NCBI RefSeq assembly: GCF_036365525.1
Contig: NC_090413.1
Coordinates: forward strand, 26,612,262 to 26,676,261
Length of the DNA stretch: 64,000 nt
Source: Heterodontus francisci
Taxonomy: Eukaryota
Direction of reading: 5' to 3'
Shown here: one piece after another, positions 24,486-38,100 of the stretch
How the letters are laid out: every line of letters begins with the position of its first letter
How positions within the stretch are numbered: the first letter of the stretch is position 1
Translations under genes and position numbers: made by a program
Notes under the pieces: model-generated
The model's input: only the letters and a program-made list of their open reading frames with translations
What the model was told of the DNA's origin: nothing
Database searches by the model: none

Positions 24486-25476
24486 ATTTTTTCACGTGAC
24501 GAACTGCAATCTCAGACAGGGACCAGAACAGGATGAATCTCTCAAACTTGATCTCATTCTTGTCCGATAGCCATACACACATACTTTTGAGATGGAGTCA
24601 CTCAGACTAGGAGAAGCCTGGCTGTTTGTTCTGCTTCCCAGACCTGGCTCTCTGAGGTGAACTGCAGTACCCTGGTTAAGATCAGCTAACCTGGGAACTT
24701 CAATCCGCCTGGGTCTGTGCCACCCCCAGCTGATATATTTACTCAACAAGCTATTGGGAAGCTCCATTCTTATGTTTAAGATCCACTTGAGCCTCCTCCC
24801 ACCCTACCTCATCTCACCCTTTCTCCCTCATGTACTTAACTTAGCATCCGCTTAAATGCATCAATGCTATTCACCTCAACTACTCCATGTGGTAGCAAGT
24901 TTCACACTCACCACCCTGTGGAAAAGCAGTTTCGTCTGAATTCCTTACTGGATTTATCAGTAACTATATTATTTAGGACTCCCCTACAAATGGAAATATA
25001 TCAAACCCCTTCATTATTCTAAAGACTTTATTAGGTCTCACCTCAGCTTTTGTAAAGAAAAGAGCTCCAGCTTGCTCAATCTTTCCTAATAGCAATAACA
25101 GCTCCGTTCTGGTGTCTTTTCAGCCATGAACTTATTGAATGGTGTAGCAGGCTCAAAGGGCCGAGTGGCCTACTCCTGCTCCGTGATTGTATGTTCATGT
25201 AAGTTTTTCTTGCACCTTTTCCAGTTCCTCTCTACATCTTTTGTTTCTATTACCACAGTTTCTCTCCACCCACCGAGTTCAGGATAGATTAAAAATACAG
25301 TCACACAGAACACTTTTGCCTGACCAATAATCTTACTCTCTTACAGCATTCCAGAAATATTGACTCTTCCTCTCGGTCAGGCAATAACATGAACTTTATT
25401 TTCACTCTGCAAGCCTACAGGATAACTGCCTCCGTCACATGTGCACCAACACTTAGTTTAATTTTATGCCCAGCAT

Positions 25477-26372
25477 TGTCAGAAGTGGGGATGTTCGCTG
25501 ATGATCGCACAATGTTTAGCACCATTTGCGACTCCTCAGATACCGAAGCAGTCATTGTAGAAATACAGCAAGACCTGGACAATATCCAACCTTGGGCTGA
25601 TAAGTGGCAAGTAACATGCACACCACACAAGTGCCAGGCAATGACCATCTCCAACAAGAGAGAATCTAACCATCTCCCCTTGACATTCAACGGCATTAAG
25701 ATTGTTGAATCCCCCACTATCAACATCCTGGGGATTAACATTGACCAGAAACTCAACTGGAGTAGCCATATAAATACCGTGGCTACAAAGGCAAGTCAGA
25801 GGCTAGGAATCCTGCAGCGAGTAACTTACCTCCCGACTTCCCAAAACCTGTCCACCATCTACAAGGCACAAGTCAGGAGTGTGATGGAATACTCTCCAGT
25901 TGCCTGGATGGGTGCAGTTCCAACAACACTCAAGAAGCTCGACGCCATCCAGGACCAAGCAGCCTGCTTGATTGGCACCCCATCTACAAATAATCATTCC
26001 CTCCACCACAGACGCACAGTGGTAGCAATGTGTACCAAAGATGCACTGCAGCAATGCACCAAAGCTCCTTAGATAGCACCTTCCAAACCGACAACCTCTA
26101 CCAATGGTGGGACAAGGGCAGCAGATGCATGGGAACACCACCACCTGCAAGTTCCCCTCCAAGGTCACACACCATCCTGACTTGGAACTATATCGCCGTT
26201 CCTTCACTGTCGCTGGGTCAAAATCCTGGAACTTCTTTCCTAACAGCACTGTGAGTGTACCTACCCCACATGGACTGTAGCAGTTCAAGAAGTCTGCTCA
26301 CCACCACCTTCTCAAGGGCAATAAAATGGTGGCGTAGCCAGCAATTCCCACATCCCATGAACAAATAAAAAT
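25477..26372 (+). mobile_element. 5'-truncated copy of the 35131-38277 LINE family (RT C-terminus and 3' UTR)
   Basis: SEVGMFADD...WADKWQV...IYKAQVRSVMEYSPVAWMG; 3' end CCCACATCCCATGAAC. Confidence 0.9.
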
Positions 26373-29304
26373 AATAATTTTTTTGAATCAGTCCAGGTGA
26401 ATTTAAAAGAATCTGAAGTAGTCCCTCAACCAACACCATTAAAACAAAATTTGAATTAACTTGGACACTGATCGGATTGCTGGTTGTGGGAGCTTACTGT
26501 GCACAGACTGGCATCTGCAGAAGCTGACAAAACACAGACCACACTTCGAGAAAATTAACAACCCTGGCACTTTTTTGGGACAGCTCGAGGACATACAAGG
26601 TGCTATATCAATGCCTATATTTAATTCTTATGTTGTCCACTTCAGATCCAAACAGTCCAGGTACAATCTCCTCATTCATATACCTCCAGAACACCCAATG
26701 GCAAACACTTACAACCGTCTTTCAAATAGAACCGGACTCAGGATTATATCACTGAATCAACAAATAGGGAAGGTACAAGTTTCTTTTTGTACCTCATTGA
26801 ACTAGTGCAGGATGCTTATAGGCTAAGAAGGGATCTCAAATCTGAAAGGCAGGCCTCCATTGGTCTAAAAACAGAAATAATCTTTCAGATAAGGCAAGAG
26901 ACTGTTGTGCTTGTTTTTGTTTAGGCAAGACAGCTGTGAGAAGCACTTTGTACAGACAGTAAACTCTCCCTTTGACCTTCCTTCCAGCAAATTCAGTATC
27001 AGAATAGAGAAGTGTAAAAGAAAGGTGAACAACTGGACTTCAATTTTACAACAGTTTTTGTAGAACCCTCAGTTTTTCTTTTGAATTTTTCCTTGTGAGC
27101 AACGGGAGAGAGATCCACTTGTCACTCGTCACTACTTACTCAAAGTCAGCTGCTCTCCAACGACAGGTGCCTTGAGGCCTCAATTTCACACCTTAAACCA
27201 ATTTCCCTGTTCCTCTCACCTTCTCTAATATTTCCCCCAGAAATCGTTTGCTTTCAAAATTAAACTTAAAATAAAATCGAATTAGAATGAGGAAAGACAC
27301 TGTCTGCCTATGCTCTTCCCTCACGTACACCCCCACCTCTCAGAGAGGAATACAAATGAAATCTACCTCAGTTAGCCTTTTGAAATTTATGCACATATGA
27401 AAATGAAGGGCAGGAATGGTTGGTTTATCAAGCCTACCCCCACCCTGATAACGGCAGCAGTGTCACAACTAGAGACGTCCTCATCCCCACCCTGGCCCTC
27501 GTGTTCATTAAAATTATCTGAAGGAAAACCACTGGGCAGAAAGCATTATCCCCTGAAGTCAAATATTGTTTCATACAACTGACCCATACCATAGCATCTT
27601 GGGGAATTACACTGCACGTGCTCAGACTGTACAACCCCAATCTCAGCAGTCAAAATATCAACCTGAAATCATACAGTCTTACAGTCATCCAGGCTGAGAA
27701 GTGGAAATCTTCAATTAAAAGAAAATTCTATGTATATATTTCACAATAGCTTGATGAGATTTATAATTTAAGATTTAAAATTCTTTAAAAAGCTTATTTT
27801 AGGCCTGAAAATTTCGATTAAAGCAGGGAAAAATACAGAATGCAATTTGTGGGAACCCAGTCACCATGTTCAGGAAAACGCGTTATAAATGTGGACAGAG
27901 GAATGCAGAAGGCGGCAAAAGGTTAACACGAAACAGCGATTAAAAATTCAACAGGAAGCATGGACAGACATTAATTTTTTTTCATCAACTAGAAATACAA
28001 GCCAATCTCCTTGGTGTTACACATGGGAATTCAAGAATCAGGGGAAGGCGGTTAAGGGGCAGGGGATATTTTGGCCAGTGTGCGCGCAAATGTTATTCAG
28101 GAAATTCTATGTCAACATTGGGTTGGATAGGTGGATGGAGGAAGAGAGGTTAAAGGGTAAAGGGATACGGAAGCATGGTGGGTAAATGTCATAGGAATTG
28201 TGTGTTCCCAGGGCAGGATAAAGTCCAACATGGACTGGTTGGGCTGAACGGCCTAAGACCATGTTGCAACCTCTCTTGTATCTACAACAGTTTTCTTGGG
28301 TCAAAGTTTAGTTTTGCTTACACCAACTAAAATACAACTTGACTACTTTTATCTGATTTTTACAATGTCTGGGTTTTGTAGTCCAAAGAATATTTAACTC
28401 TCTGGTGTTCAATACAATTTACTATCCGATCCTTGATAATGAATCTGGTCACCAGCTGGACTTGGATCTCTGTCTAGGGAGCTTAGTAATCAAAATTTCC
28501 ACTGCAATTCCACTCTCTCTCACCTCACCCCCATTCCCCGCCCCCCCCCCCCCCCCCCAAAAAAGAATCTCGCCATTAAAATAGTTTTTTTTGGGGGGGG
28601 TGGGGTGCAGGTAAATCACATTATCTGCATATGCTGAGAGCTGCATCAGGTAATCTAAAATCAAAAGCTTTCCAAACCCTACAGGCTATGTGGGGATCTC
28701 AATAGGTTCTTGGTAATTTCAACAGTTGATGACTTTTTAAACATGTTGTTGCTGTTAACTAATAGTTTCGGCAACTACAGCACTTTTTCTTCCTTTGTGT
28801 AGTTGACGGCCATCCAGAGGTTATGGACGGTGTGTGCCAATATTTGCAGGAAACACCCACATAGAATACTTGAAAACTATTCCCAAATATATTGTATGTA
28901 CAAGGCGAAAGATAAAACTCACCCTGTCAGACTAAGTACAGGGATCTCTCAATTACCCACAATTGAATGCTCCTCCTTTCAGAGCACCTCCACAGCCAGG
29001 GGAAGTATATTGTGTGTCACCCCATCAGGTGCAGATATAGACTTAGCTACAGCATTTAACTACCCTTCAAACCAAAAGAAAGGGCAGTCCTGTCTGCTTA
29101 TTTCACATTGCAAAGAGACTCCTGTGAAAAGAATAGTGCATGCATCACAGAAAGGGGAATTAATTTGTGCTAATTTTAGCTGCATCAACAGGCTGATTAC
29201 ACAATAGCCCTCACCTCCATACAAGAGCTAGCTGAAAGTTTGACAACATTTTAATTGTTTAACAAAATTTCAAACTTGCAGCCATTGACTGATCACAACA
29301 CAAG

Positions 29305-29740
29305 AAGCTCAACATCATCCAGGACAAGGTACCCCATTTACCACCTTAAACATTCACTCCCTCCACCACCGACACAGTGGCAGCAGTGTGTACCATCCAC
29401 AAGATGCAGCACAGCAACTCGCCAAGGCTCCTTCGACAGCACCTTCCAGACCCGCAACCTCTACTGCTGAGGAGGACAAGGGCAGCAGGTGCATGGGAAC
29501 ACGAACACCTGAAAGCTCCCCTCCAAGTCACCCACCACCCTGACTTGGAACTATACCACCATTCCTTCACCGTCACTGGATCAAAACCCTGGAACTCCCT
29601 TCTGAACAACAATGTGGGAATGCTTTCAAAACATGAACTGCAGCAGTTCAAGGCAGTAGCTCAACACCACCTTCTCAAGGGCAATTAAGGATGGGCAATA
29701 AATGCTGGCCTTGCCAGTGATGCCCACATCTTGTGAAAAA
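29305..29740 (+). mobile_element. 3' fragment of the same LINE family
   Basis: ACATTCACTCCCTCCACCACCGAC...GGGCAATAAATGCTGGCCTTGCCAGTGATGCCCACATC. Confidence 0.8.
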
Positions 29741-29799
29741 TGTTTGAAAAAAACCTTGGCCGTGCCAATGAGTCATTAATTTATAGAGGCCAGAAGATC

Positions 29800-30085
29800 T
29801 CAAGTTCTGACCTCCTACACATCCCCAATTTCCTTTGTGCCTCCATTGGCAGCTATGCCTTCAGCTGCCTGGGCCCCAAGCTCTGGAATTCCCTCCTTAA
29901 ACCTTTCCACCTCTCCCTCCTCCTTTAAGTCTCTCCTTAAAACCCACCACATTGTCCAAGCTTTTGGTCACCTGTCCTAATAGCTCATGTGGCTCAGTGT
30001 CAAATTTTGTTTGATAATGCTCCTGTTATGGGAATTGGGACTTTTTAACCAAGTTAACAGTACTATATAAATGCAAGATGCTGTT
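29800..30085 (+). mobile_element. L2-type LINE 3' fragment
   Basis: GCCTTCAGCTGCCTGGGCCCCAAGCTCTGGAATTCCCTCC...CTATATAAATGCAAG. Related fragments at ~8235-8530, 17405-17760, 20490-20800, 40160-40530 and 47222-47600. Confidence 0.7.
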
Positions 30086-31895
30086 GTCAAAGCATCAGAA
30101 ATAATGAATAATAAATATTTTCAGCTGAATAGGGAAATGGGTTGGTATGATCCAAAAGTGTTCAATGTACAAACGGGAACAGTTCAACTGCAGAGCTGCA
30201 CTCTCAGACTTCTGAAAATACAAGAATGGAAGGAAAGTCAGGGCGAGAATAAGGACCATTCACCCCATCGACTTTCAGCTACTACCCCAACTCTCCAATT
30301 GTAATTATCTACCTATATTTTCAGCATCACAAGTACCTTTACCTCGACTGCCCAAATCGAGCAAATTATTCCAGGCATTTATTCACTGTTGGGTAAAGAT
30401 TTCCTTTTCTGCTTCAAATTTACATCATCTGGTTCAACTTATCACTTCCCAGCTCTGTCTTTTGAGCAAGACCCTGGGAATGTAAACAATCCATGCCACT
30501 ATTACGGGAAAGAACAGGGGGGTTTTTCCCCCAGTGTCCTGGCCAATATCTCGCTCTCAATCAACTTCTGTGCCATAATCATTCTATAATATTTTTTAAA
30601 AATCTGGTCATCACATGCTGTTTGTGGGAGCTTGCTGTGCACAAATCAGCTGTCCACATTTCCTACAGTGACTACACTTCATTGGCTGGTCATGAAAAGC
30701 ACTATATCAATGCAAGTCTTTCTTTTCTTCTTTCTTTCTGTGCCCATCCCTCCATTGGTTCTGAGACTCTCCAATCCAGACCTGCCCACAGCATTGACAC
30801 TAATATTCTTCATCACCTGAGGATCATTGGCTCTTCCTGCCCTCTTCAATCTGACTATTCACATACCTTCATTCTGCTCCATTGCCCTGTCTAGGCTGTA
30901 GACCTCACATTCCCCTCTTTCTGAAAGAAAGTACAGCTCAGCCTTAATGTTACTTGCATATTACTAATACACCAATACAAAACTGCAATGGGAGTGGAGA
31001 GACAGTACTTAGCAGGAAGCACTACTGCAACCTTCTGTTGTTGGTGAGATGGAGAAGGCTGGACCCAATGAAAATCACAACAGTTTAACCTTCACCCCAC
31101 AAAACTGAAATCATAGGCTTGAGTCTTGAATCAATTTCTTGTTCAAACAAGCTGGCCAGTTTCTTTTTTTCCCCCTTGTTTTTTTGGGGGGCATACAACT
31201 CTTGCAGCTGATCAGTCAGTACCTGGTGAGGAAGGGAGTGAGAGGAGGAGTGTGTGTTCCCAGGTTGGAGACCCCTGAACCCGAGATGTCAGAGCAAAGT
31301 GCTCTGGTTTGTTGCCGGAATTGGAGAGAAAGAGAGAGCTGGAAAAAAAAAACTGCTTGCTTTTCTCAATGCTGAACTGGAGGTTGAGCTGAAAGTGCCT
31401 CAGGACTCACCTTCCACTCATTGGGCTCCTTTCTACTCTTGGAAGCCTCCCTCCACCCTTTTTCAAAGAATTATATTTTGGAAACAAACCCCCTCCTCAC
31501 ACTCACTCACACACACACCCCTCTCCGGACACCCAGTGCTCCTCCTACCACAAGCTGCCTGTCACAATAGAGGGGAGGGAGACAGTTTTATCAATACAGA
31601 GCCAGTGGCACAATAATACGCAGGCAGGAAGACTCACCTCTCCTGCACATAATAAAACACCTTAAACCCACCTCACTGCACCCACCATTGATACAATAGC
31701 AAGAAAAACAATGTATCCAAATCATCATTGATAAAAAGGATACAATAAAGCCCCGCCAGTGTATCGAATAGGGGTTTCCCTCCCTTCTCCAGGATACAAT
31801 GTATCCTCATCATCCCCCACCAAAATCAGCTTTAATATCACTCACCAGGCCCACACTCTCTCACCGTCCCTCCGCAACACTTAGAACAAATTGCT

Positions 31896-31915
31896 CGAAC
31901 TTTCAGGAACATTCC
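31896..31915. promoter_or_regulatory. Perfect four-unit heat shock element (HSF1 site), putative DNAJB1 promoter
   Basis: cGAAc tTTCa gGAAc aTTCc = four alternating nGAAn pentamers. Nearby are a GC box (31968-31977) and minus-strand donors CTG|gtgagt (31846/31845) and GAG|gtgagt (31638/31637). Confidence 0.85.
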
Positions 31916-31987
31916 ATCCCTCGTCACTTCCCCTTCACCCGCCCCCCCTACAAACTCCTCCCACCAAGGGGCGGGGCGTCACATCCC

Positions 31988-32000
31988 GTCGCCTAGCAAC
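31988..32000. promoter_or_regulatory. RFX X-box
   Basis: GTCGCC-T-AGCAAC fits GTNRCC-N(0-3)-RGYAAC; adjacent to the GC box and a CGTCA half-site. Confidence 0.65.
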
Positions 32001-32604
32001 GGATTCAGCCGCCTCTTTAGAATTGCCAAGTGTCATCCATGAAGAGATTGGCACAAGGGCAGCAACAATACAGCTTCCAAATGAGAAGGAGAAGCAAAGG
32101 ATATTTATCACATGAAAGCAAGTGCACTGTGTAGATTTACCTGCACTCCAAGAGCTAAATTACGAAGGGAGATTTTACAAACTAGGGTTGTGTTCCCTGG
32201 AATTTAGAAGGTTATAGGATGGTTTGATCAAAGTTTTCAAGATATTAAGGGGAATAGATAGGGTAGATAGAGAGAAACTATTTTCACTAGTTGGGGAGTC
32301 TAGAACTAGGGGGCAGAGTCTATAAAATAAAGCTCAACCTTTCAGAAGTGAAATTAGCAAAGGGTGTTAGAAGTTTGGAACTCTCTTTTGCAAATGGCAA
32401 TTGATCCTAAATCAATTGTTAATTTTAAATGTGCTAAATTTTTGTTAACCAAAGATATTACGGGATATGGGTGGGGTATAGGCAGGATAGATGGATTTAT
32501 GGAGTTGAGCCATGATCTCATTGAATGCTGGAACAGGTTTGAGGGGCTCAGTGGCCTCCACCTGTTCCTATGCTCCTGACAGAGATGTTGTTGTTGCTGT
32601 CCTT

Positions 32605-32810
32605 TTTGTACTGTGGTCCCCACAGTGCCCACCTCTCACACGATGCCTCGAGGGTATACCTGCAGACACCCCATGCTTCCTCTCCAGGGACACCTGGGCA
32701 TGGGTATAGTTGTGGAAGAGAGGTGGGCAGTCAGGTCAAGTGACCCCCTCAAGCATGCGATACCCGGGACATGTGGATGGCCACCTTGGCCAGGCCCAGG
32801 AGCAGTCACA
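32605..32810 (-). mobile_element. Tx1/L1-like non-LTR element C-terminal fragment
   Basis: Minus strand encodes LLGLAKVAIH, typical of Tx1-type ORF2 ends; related to 51985-52300. Confidence 0.5.
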
Positions 32811-33664
32811 CAAGGAAGGGCAATTTGATAATGGTGTTCAAAATTATCAAGGGGTTTGATAGAGCAAGTAAGGAGATACTGTTTCCAGTGGCATGGGGGG
32901 TCAGTAACCAGAGGACACAAATTTAAGGTAATTGGCAAAAGAACCGGGGGGGGAGATGAGTAGATTTTTTAACACAGTGAGTTGTTGTGATCTGGAATGC
33001 GCCCCCTGAAAGGGTGGTGGAAGCAGATTCAATAGTAACTTTCAAAAGGAATTAGAGAAATACGTGAAAAAGAGCAGGTTGCGGAGATATTAGCAAAAGG
33101 TAAGGAAGTGGGAACAATTGGACAGCTCTTTCAAAAAACCGGCACGGACGCAATGGGCCAAATGGCCTCCTGCACTGTATGATTGCATGATTTCATTACC
33201 AATAACTCAGCATTAAACATTCCAGAGCTGCTTTTATCTGGACAGGGAAATTTTGGAAATGCACAGCAGGTCTGTCAGTAATATGAAATATGGAAACAGA
33301 ACTTTCTGGAAATACAAAATGGGTCAGCATCTAAAAGGACAATCTTTTAGGTTGTGTTCCTTTCAAATCTGCTTCTCCCACTAACTGCACCCCCAACCCA
33401 CCCCTACTTGCAGTGCATTTCTATCAGTTTGTATTTTTATTTCAGAATTTCTATCAAGCCCAGTTTATTTATTTTTAAATCTCTGACGATTGGGTGTCCC
33501 GCTACACTGCCCAAAGTGTATTGATATTGATTCACTATTGTCATTTGATCCTTTAGGGTCACCCCTACTAATAAGCAAATCTAGATAATTGTAGATCCAG
33601 ATAATTGTAAAGGTTACTCTGCAGGCAGTTTACCTGCTTGTACATGTCAGGCTCCAGGTTAATA

Positions 33665-34295
33665 AGAGCATAAGAAATAGGAGCAGGAGTTGACTATATG
33701 GCCCATCGAGCCTGCTCTGCCATTCAATACGATCATGGTTGATCTTGGGCTTCAGCTACACTTTCCTGCCCACTTCCCATATCCCTTGATTCTCTGAGAG
33801 ACCAAAAATCTGTCTATCCCAGCCTTAAATATATTCAACCTTAGAGCATCCACAACCCTCTGGGGTCGAGAATTGCAAAGATTCACAACCCTTTGAGTGA
33901 AGAAATTTCTCCTCATCTCAGTCCTAAAAGATAGGCCCCTTATCTTGAGACTGTGTCCCCATGTTCTAGATTCCCCAGCCAGGGGAAAACACCCTTTCAG
34001 AATCTACCCTGTAAAGCCCCTTCTGAATCTTGTATGTTTCAATGAGATCACCTCTAAACTCCAGATCCAATCTACTCAGCCTCTCATCTTCGGACAATCC
34101 TCTCATCTCAGGGACCAATCTAGTGAACCTTCCCTGTATCGCCTCCAAGGCAAGTATATCCTTCCTTAAATATGGAGACCAAAACTGCACACAGGTGTGG
34201 TCTCACCAAAGTCCTGTACAATTGTAACAAGACCTCTTTATTCTCGTACTCCAAGCTCTTTGTAATAAAGACCATTTGCTTGCTTTACCTGCATT
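33665..34295 (-). mobile_element. CR1-clade LINE 3' fragment
   Basis: QFWSPYLRKDILALEAIQGRFTRLVP...RGDLIETYKI on the minus strand plus CR1 3' UTR ending CTCCTATTTCTTATG. Confidence 0.85.
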
Positions 34296-34395
34296 AAAGA
34301 TTTCCCTGCCTATATAGTAAAGTGTGAAATTTGGAGGTGTGATATCTGGTGGATGATATCTGGAATCTAATGGATGCTTCACACACTCGTACACA

Positions 34396-34567
34396 NNNNN
34401 NNNNNNNNNNNNNNNNNNNNNNNNNNNNNNNNNNNNNNNNNNNNNNNNNNNNNNNNNNNNNNNNNNNNNNNNNNNNNNNNNNNNNNNNNNNNNNNNNNNN
34501 NNNNNNNNNNNNNNNNNNNNNNNNNNNNNNNNNNNNNNNNNNNNNNNNNNNNNNNNNNNNNNNNNNN
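34396..34567. other. Assembly gap (N run)
   Basis: About 172 N characters. Confidence 0.98.
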
Positions 34568-35130
34568 GAAACACCAACAGTTACCTTAAAAATAGACAAT
34601 TGGTGTGTATGGGTTACCAGACCTTTTACCACTAGGCATGTTTTATGGGCGTTTTAAGAGAGATTACATTTTCTTCCTAAGAACAAAAAGTACTAAAGAT
34701 TGATATTGAAATCAGAAATTATGGGCATGGGCATGTTAGGGATATACTGAGCAGCAAAGTACTTGTGCAGGAAACCTGTTATTCAAGAAAAACTGCGGGA
34801 TTCTGGTAGAGGTTTAGACTTGTATCATGCTGATTCAGAAGCAATCCTCAGAAGAAACACTCTCAGAGTTGAACTATGTTCTATTGTAGCATGTTTGACA
34901 ATCTGAGAAAATGAATGTTTCATATTGGTGGTTGCTCAGACTTCTGAAAATACAAGAATAACTTGTCATTTATCTCATTGTTATTTGTGGGATCTTGCTG
35001 CACAAATTAGCTGCCTGTGATGACACCTCAAAAGTGACTAATTGGGTGTGAAGCCCTTTGGGATGTCTTGAGGGCAGGAATGGCAATATTAAAATGGAAG
35101 TCTTTCTGTTGTTCTACATTGAAGGTGAAT

Positions 35131-38100
35131 TTTTTTTTTTCATTCATGGGATGTGGGCATCGCTGGCCAGACCAGCATTTATTGCCCATCCCTAATTGCC
35201 CTTGAGAAGGTGGTGGTGAGCTGCCTTCTTGAACTGCTGCAGTCCTTGTGAGGTAGGTACACCCACAGTGCTGTTAGGAAGGGAGTTCCAGGATTTTGAC
35301 CCAGCGACAGTGAAGGAACGGTGATATCGTTCCAAGTCAGGATGGTGTGTGACTTAAATGGGAACTTGCAGGTGGTGATGTTCCCACGCATCTGCTGCTC
35401 TTGTCCTTCGAGGTGGTAGAGGTCATGGGTTTGGAAGGTGCTGTCTAAGGAGCCTTGGTGCATTGCTGCAGTGCATCTTGTAGATGGTACACACTGCTGC
35501 CACTGTGCGTCAGTCGTGGAGGGAGTGAATGTTTGTAGATGGGGTGCCAATCAAGCGGGCTGCTTTGTCCTGGATGGCGTCGAGCTTCTTGAGTGTTGTT
35601 GGAGCTGCACCCACCAGGCAAGTGGAGAGTATTCCATCACATTCCTGATTTGTGCCTTGTAGATGGTGGACAGGTGGGGAGTCAGGAGGTGAGTTACTCA
35701 CCGCAGGATTCCTAGCCTCTGACCTACTCTTGTAGCCACGGTATTTATATGGCTACTCCAGTTCAGTTTCTGGTCAATGGTAGCCCCTAGGATGTTGATA
35801 GTGGGGGATTCAGCGATGGTAATGCCATTGAATGTCAAAGGGAGTTGATTAGATTCTCTCTTGTTGGAGATGGTCATTGCCTGGCACTTGTGTGGCTTGG
35901 GAATGTTACTTGCCACTTAGCAGCCCAAACCTGGATATTGTCCAGGTCTTGTTACATTTTTACCCAGACTGCTTCAGTATGTGAGGAGTCGTGAATGGTG
36001 CTGAACATTGTTCAATCATCAGCGAACATCCCCACTTCTGACCTTATGATTGAAGGAAGGTCATTGATGAAGCAGCTGAAGATGGTTGGGCCTAGGACAC
36101 TACCCTGAGGAACTCCTGCAATGATGTCCTGGAGCTGAGATGATTGACCACCAACAACTATCTTCCTTTTCACTAGGTATGACTCCAACCAGCAGAGGGT
36201 TTTCCCCCTGATTCCCATTGACTCCAGTTTTGCTAGGGCTCCTTGATGCCATACTCGGTCAAATGCTGCCTTGATGTCAAGGGCAGTCACTCTCACCTCA
36301 CCTCTTGAGTTCAGCTCTTTTGTCTATGTTTGAACCAAGGCTGTAATGAGGTCAGGAGCTGAGTGGCCCTGGTGGAACCCAAACTGAGCGTCACTGAGCA
36401 GGTTATTGCTAAGCAAGTGCTGCTTGATGGCACTGTTGATGACACCTTCCATCACTTTACTGATGATTAAGAGTCGACTGATGGGGTGGTAATTGGCCGG
36501 GTTGGACTTGTCCTGTTTTCTGTGTACAAGACATACCTGAGCAACTTTCCACATTGCAGGGTAGATGCCAGTGTCATAGTTATACTGGAACAGCTTGGCT
36601 AGGGGTGCGGCAAGTTCTGGAGCACAGGTCTTCAGTACTATTGCCGGAATATTGTCAGGACCCATAGCCTTTGCATTATCCAATGCCTTCAGTTGTTTCT
36701 TGATATCACGCGGAGCGAATCGAATTGGCTGAGGTCTGGCATCTGTAATGCTGGGGACTTCAGGAGGGGGCCGAGATGGATCATCAACTCGGGACTTCTG
36801 GCTGAAGATTGTTGCAAATGCTTCTACCTTATCTTTTGCACTGATGTGCTGGGCTCCCCCATCGTTGAGGATGGGGATATTTGTGGAGCCACCTCCTCCA
36901 GTTAGTTGTTTAATTGTCCACCATCATTCATGACTGGATGTGGCAGGACTGCAGAGCTTAGATCTGATTTGATGGTTATGGGATTGCTTAGCTCTGTCTA
37001 TTGCATGCTGCTTATGCAGTTTGGCATGCAAGTAGTCCTGGGTTGTAGCTTCACCAGGTTGACACCTCATTTTGAGGTATGCCTGGTGCTGCTCCTGGCA
37101 TGCCCTCCTGCACTTTTCATTGAACCAGGGTTGGTCTCCTGGCTTGATGGTAATGGTAGAGTGGGGGATATGCCGGGCCATGAGGTTACAGATTGTGGTT
37201 GAGTACAATTCTGCTGCTGCTGATGGCCCACAGTGCCTCATGGATGCCCAGTTTTGCATCACTAGATCTGTTCGAAATCTATCCCATTTAGCACGTTATC
37301 CTCAAGGTGAAGGTGGGACTTCGTCTCCACAAGTACTGTGCGGTGGTCACTCCTACCAATACAGTCATGGACAGAAGCATCTGCGGCAGGCAGATTGGTG
37401 AGGACAAGGTCAAGTATGTTTTTCCCTCGTGTTGGTTCCCCCACCACCTGCCACAGACCCAGTCTAGTAGCTATGTCCTTTAGTACTCGGCCAGCTCGGT
37501 CAGTAGTGGTGCTACCGAGCCACTCTTGGTGATGGACATTGAAGTCCCCCACCCAGAGTACATTTTGTGCCCTTGCCACCCTCAGCGCTTCCTCCAAGTG
37601 GTGTTCAAAATGGAGGAGTACTGACTCATCAGCTGAGGGAGGGCGGTAGGTGGAAATCAGTAGGAGGTTACCTTGCCCATGTTTGACCTGGTGCCATGAG
37701 ACTTCATGGGGTCTGGAGTCGATGTTGAGGACTCCCAGGGCAACTCCCTCCCTACTGTAGACCACTGTGCCGCCACCTCTGCTGGGTCTGTCCTGCCGGT
37801 GTGACAGGACATACCCAGGGATAGTGATTGCAGTGTCTGGGACATTGTCTGTAAGGTATGATTCCGTGAGTATGACTATGTCAGGCTGTTGCTTGACTAG
37901 TCTGTGGGACAGCTCTCCCAACTTTGGCACAAGCCCCCAGATGTTAGTAAGGAGTGCTTTGCAGGGTCGACAGGGCTGGGTTTGCCGTTGTCGTTTCTGG
38001 TGCCTAGATCGATGCCGGGTGGTCCATCCAGTTTCATTCCTTTTTATTGACTTCGTAGCGGTTAGGTACAACTGAGTGGCTTGCTGGGCCATTTCAGAGG

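Noticed and set aside
34203-34657. ORFs spanning the N run
   Set aside because: Artefacts of the assembly gap.
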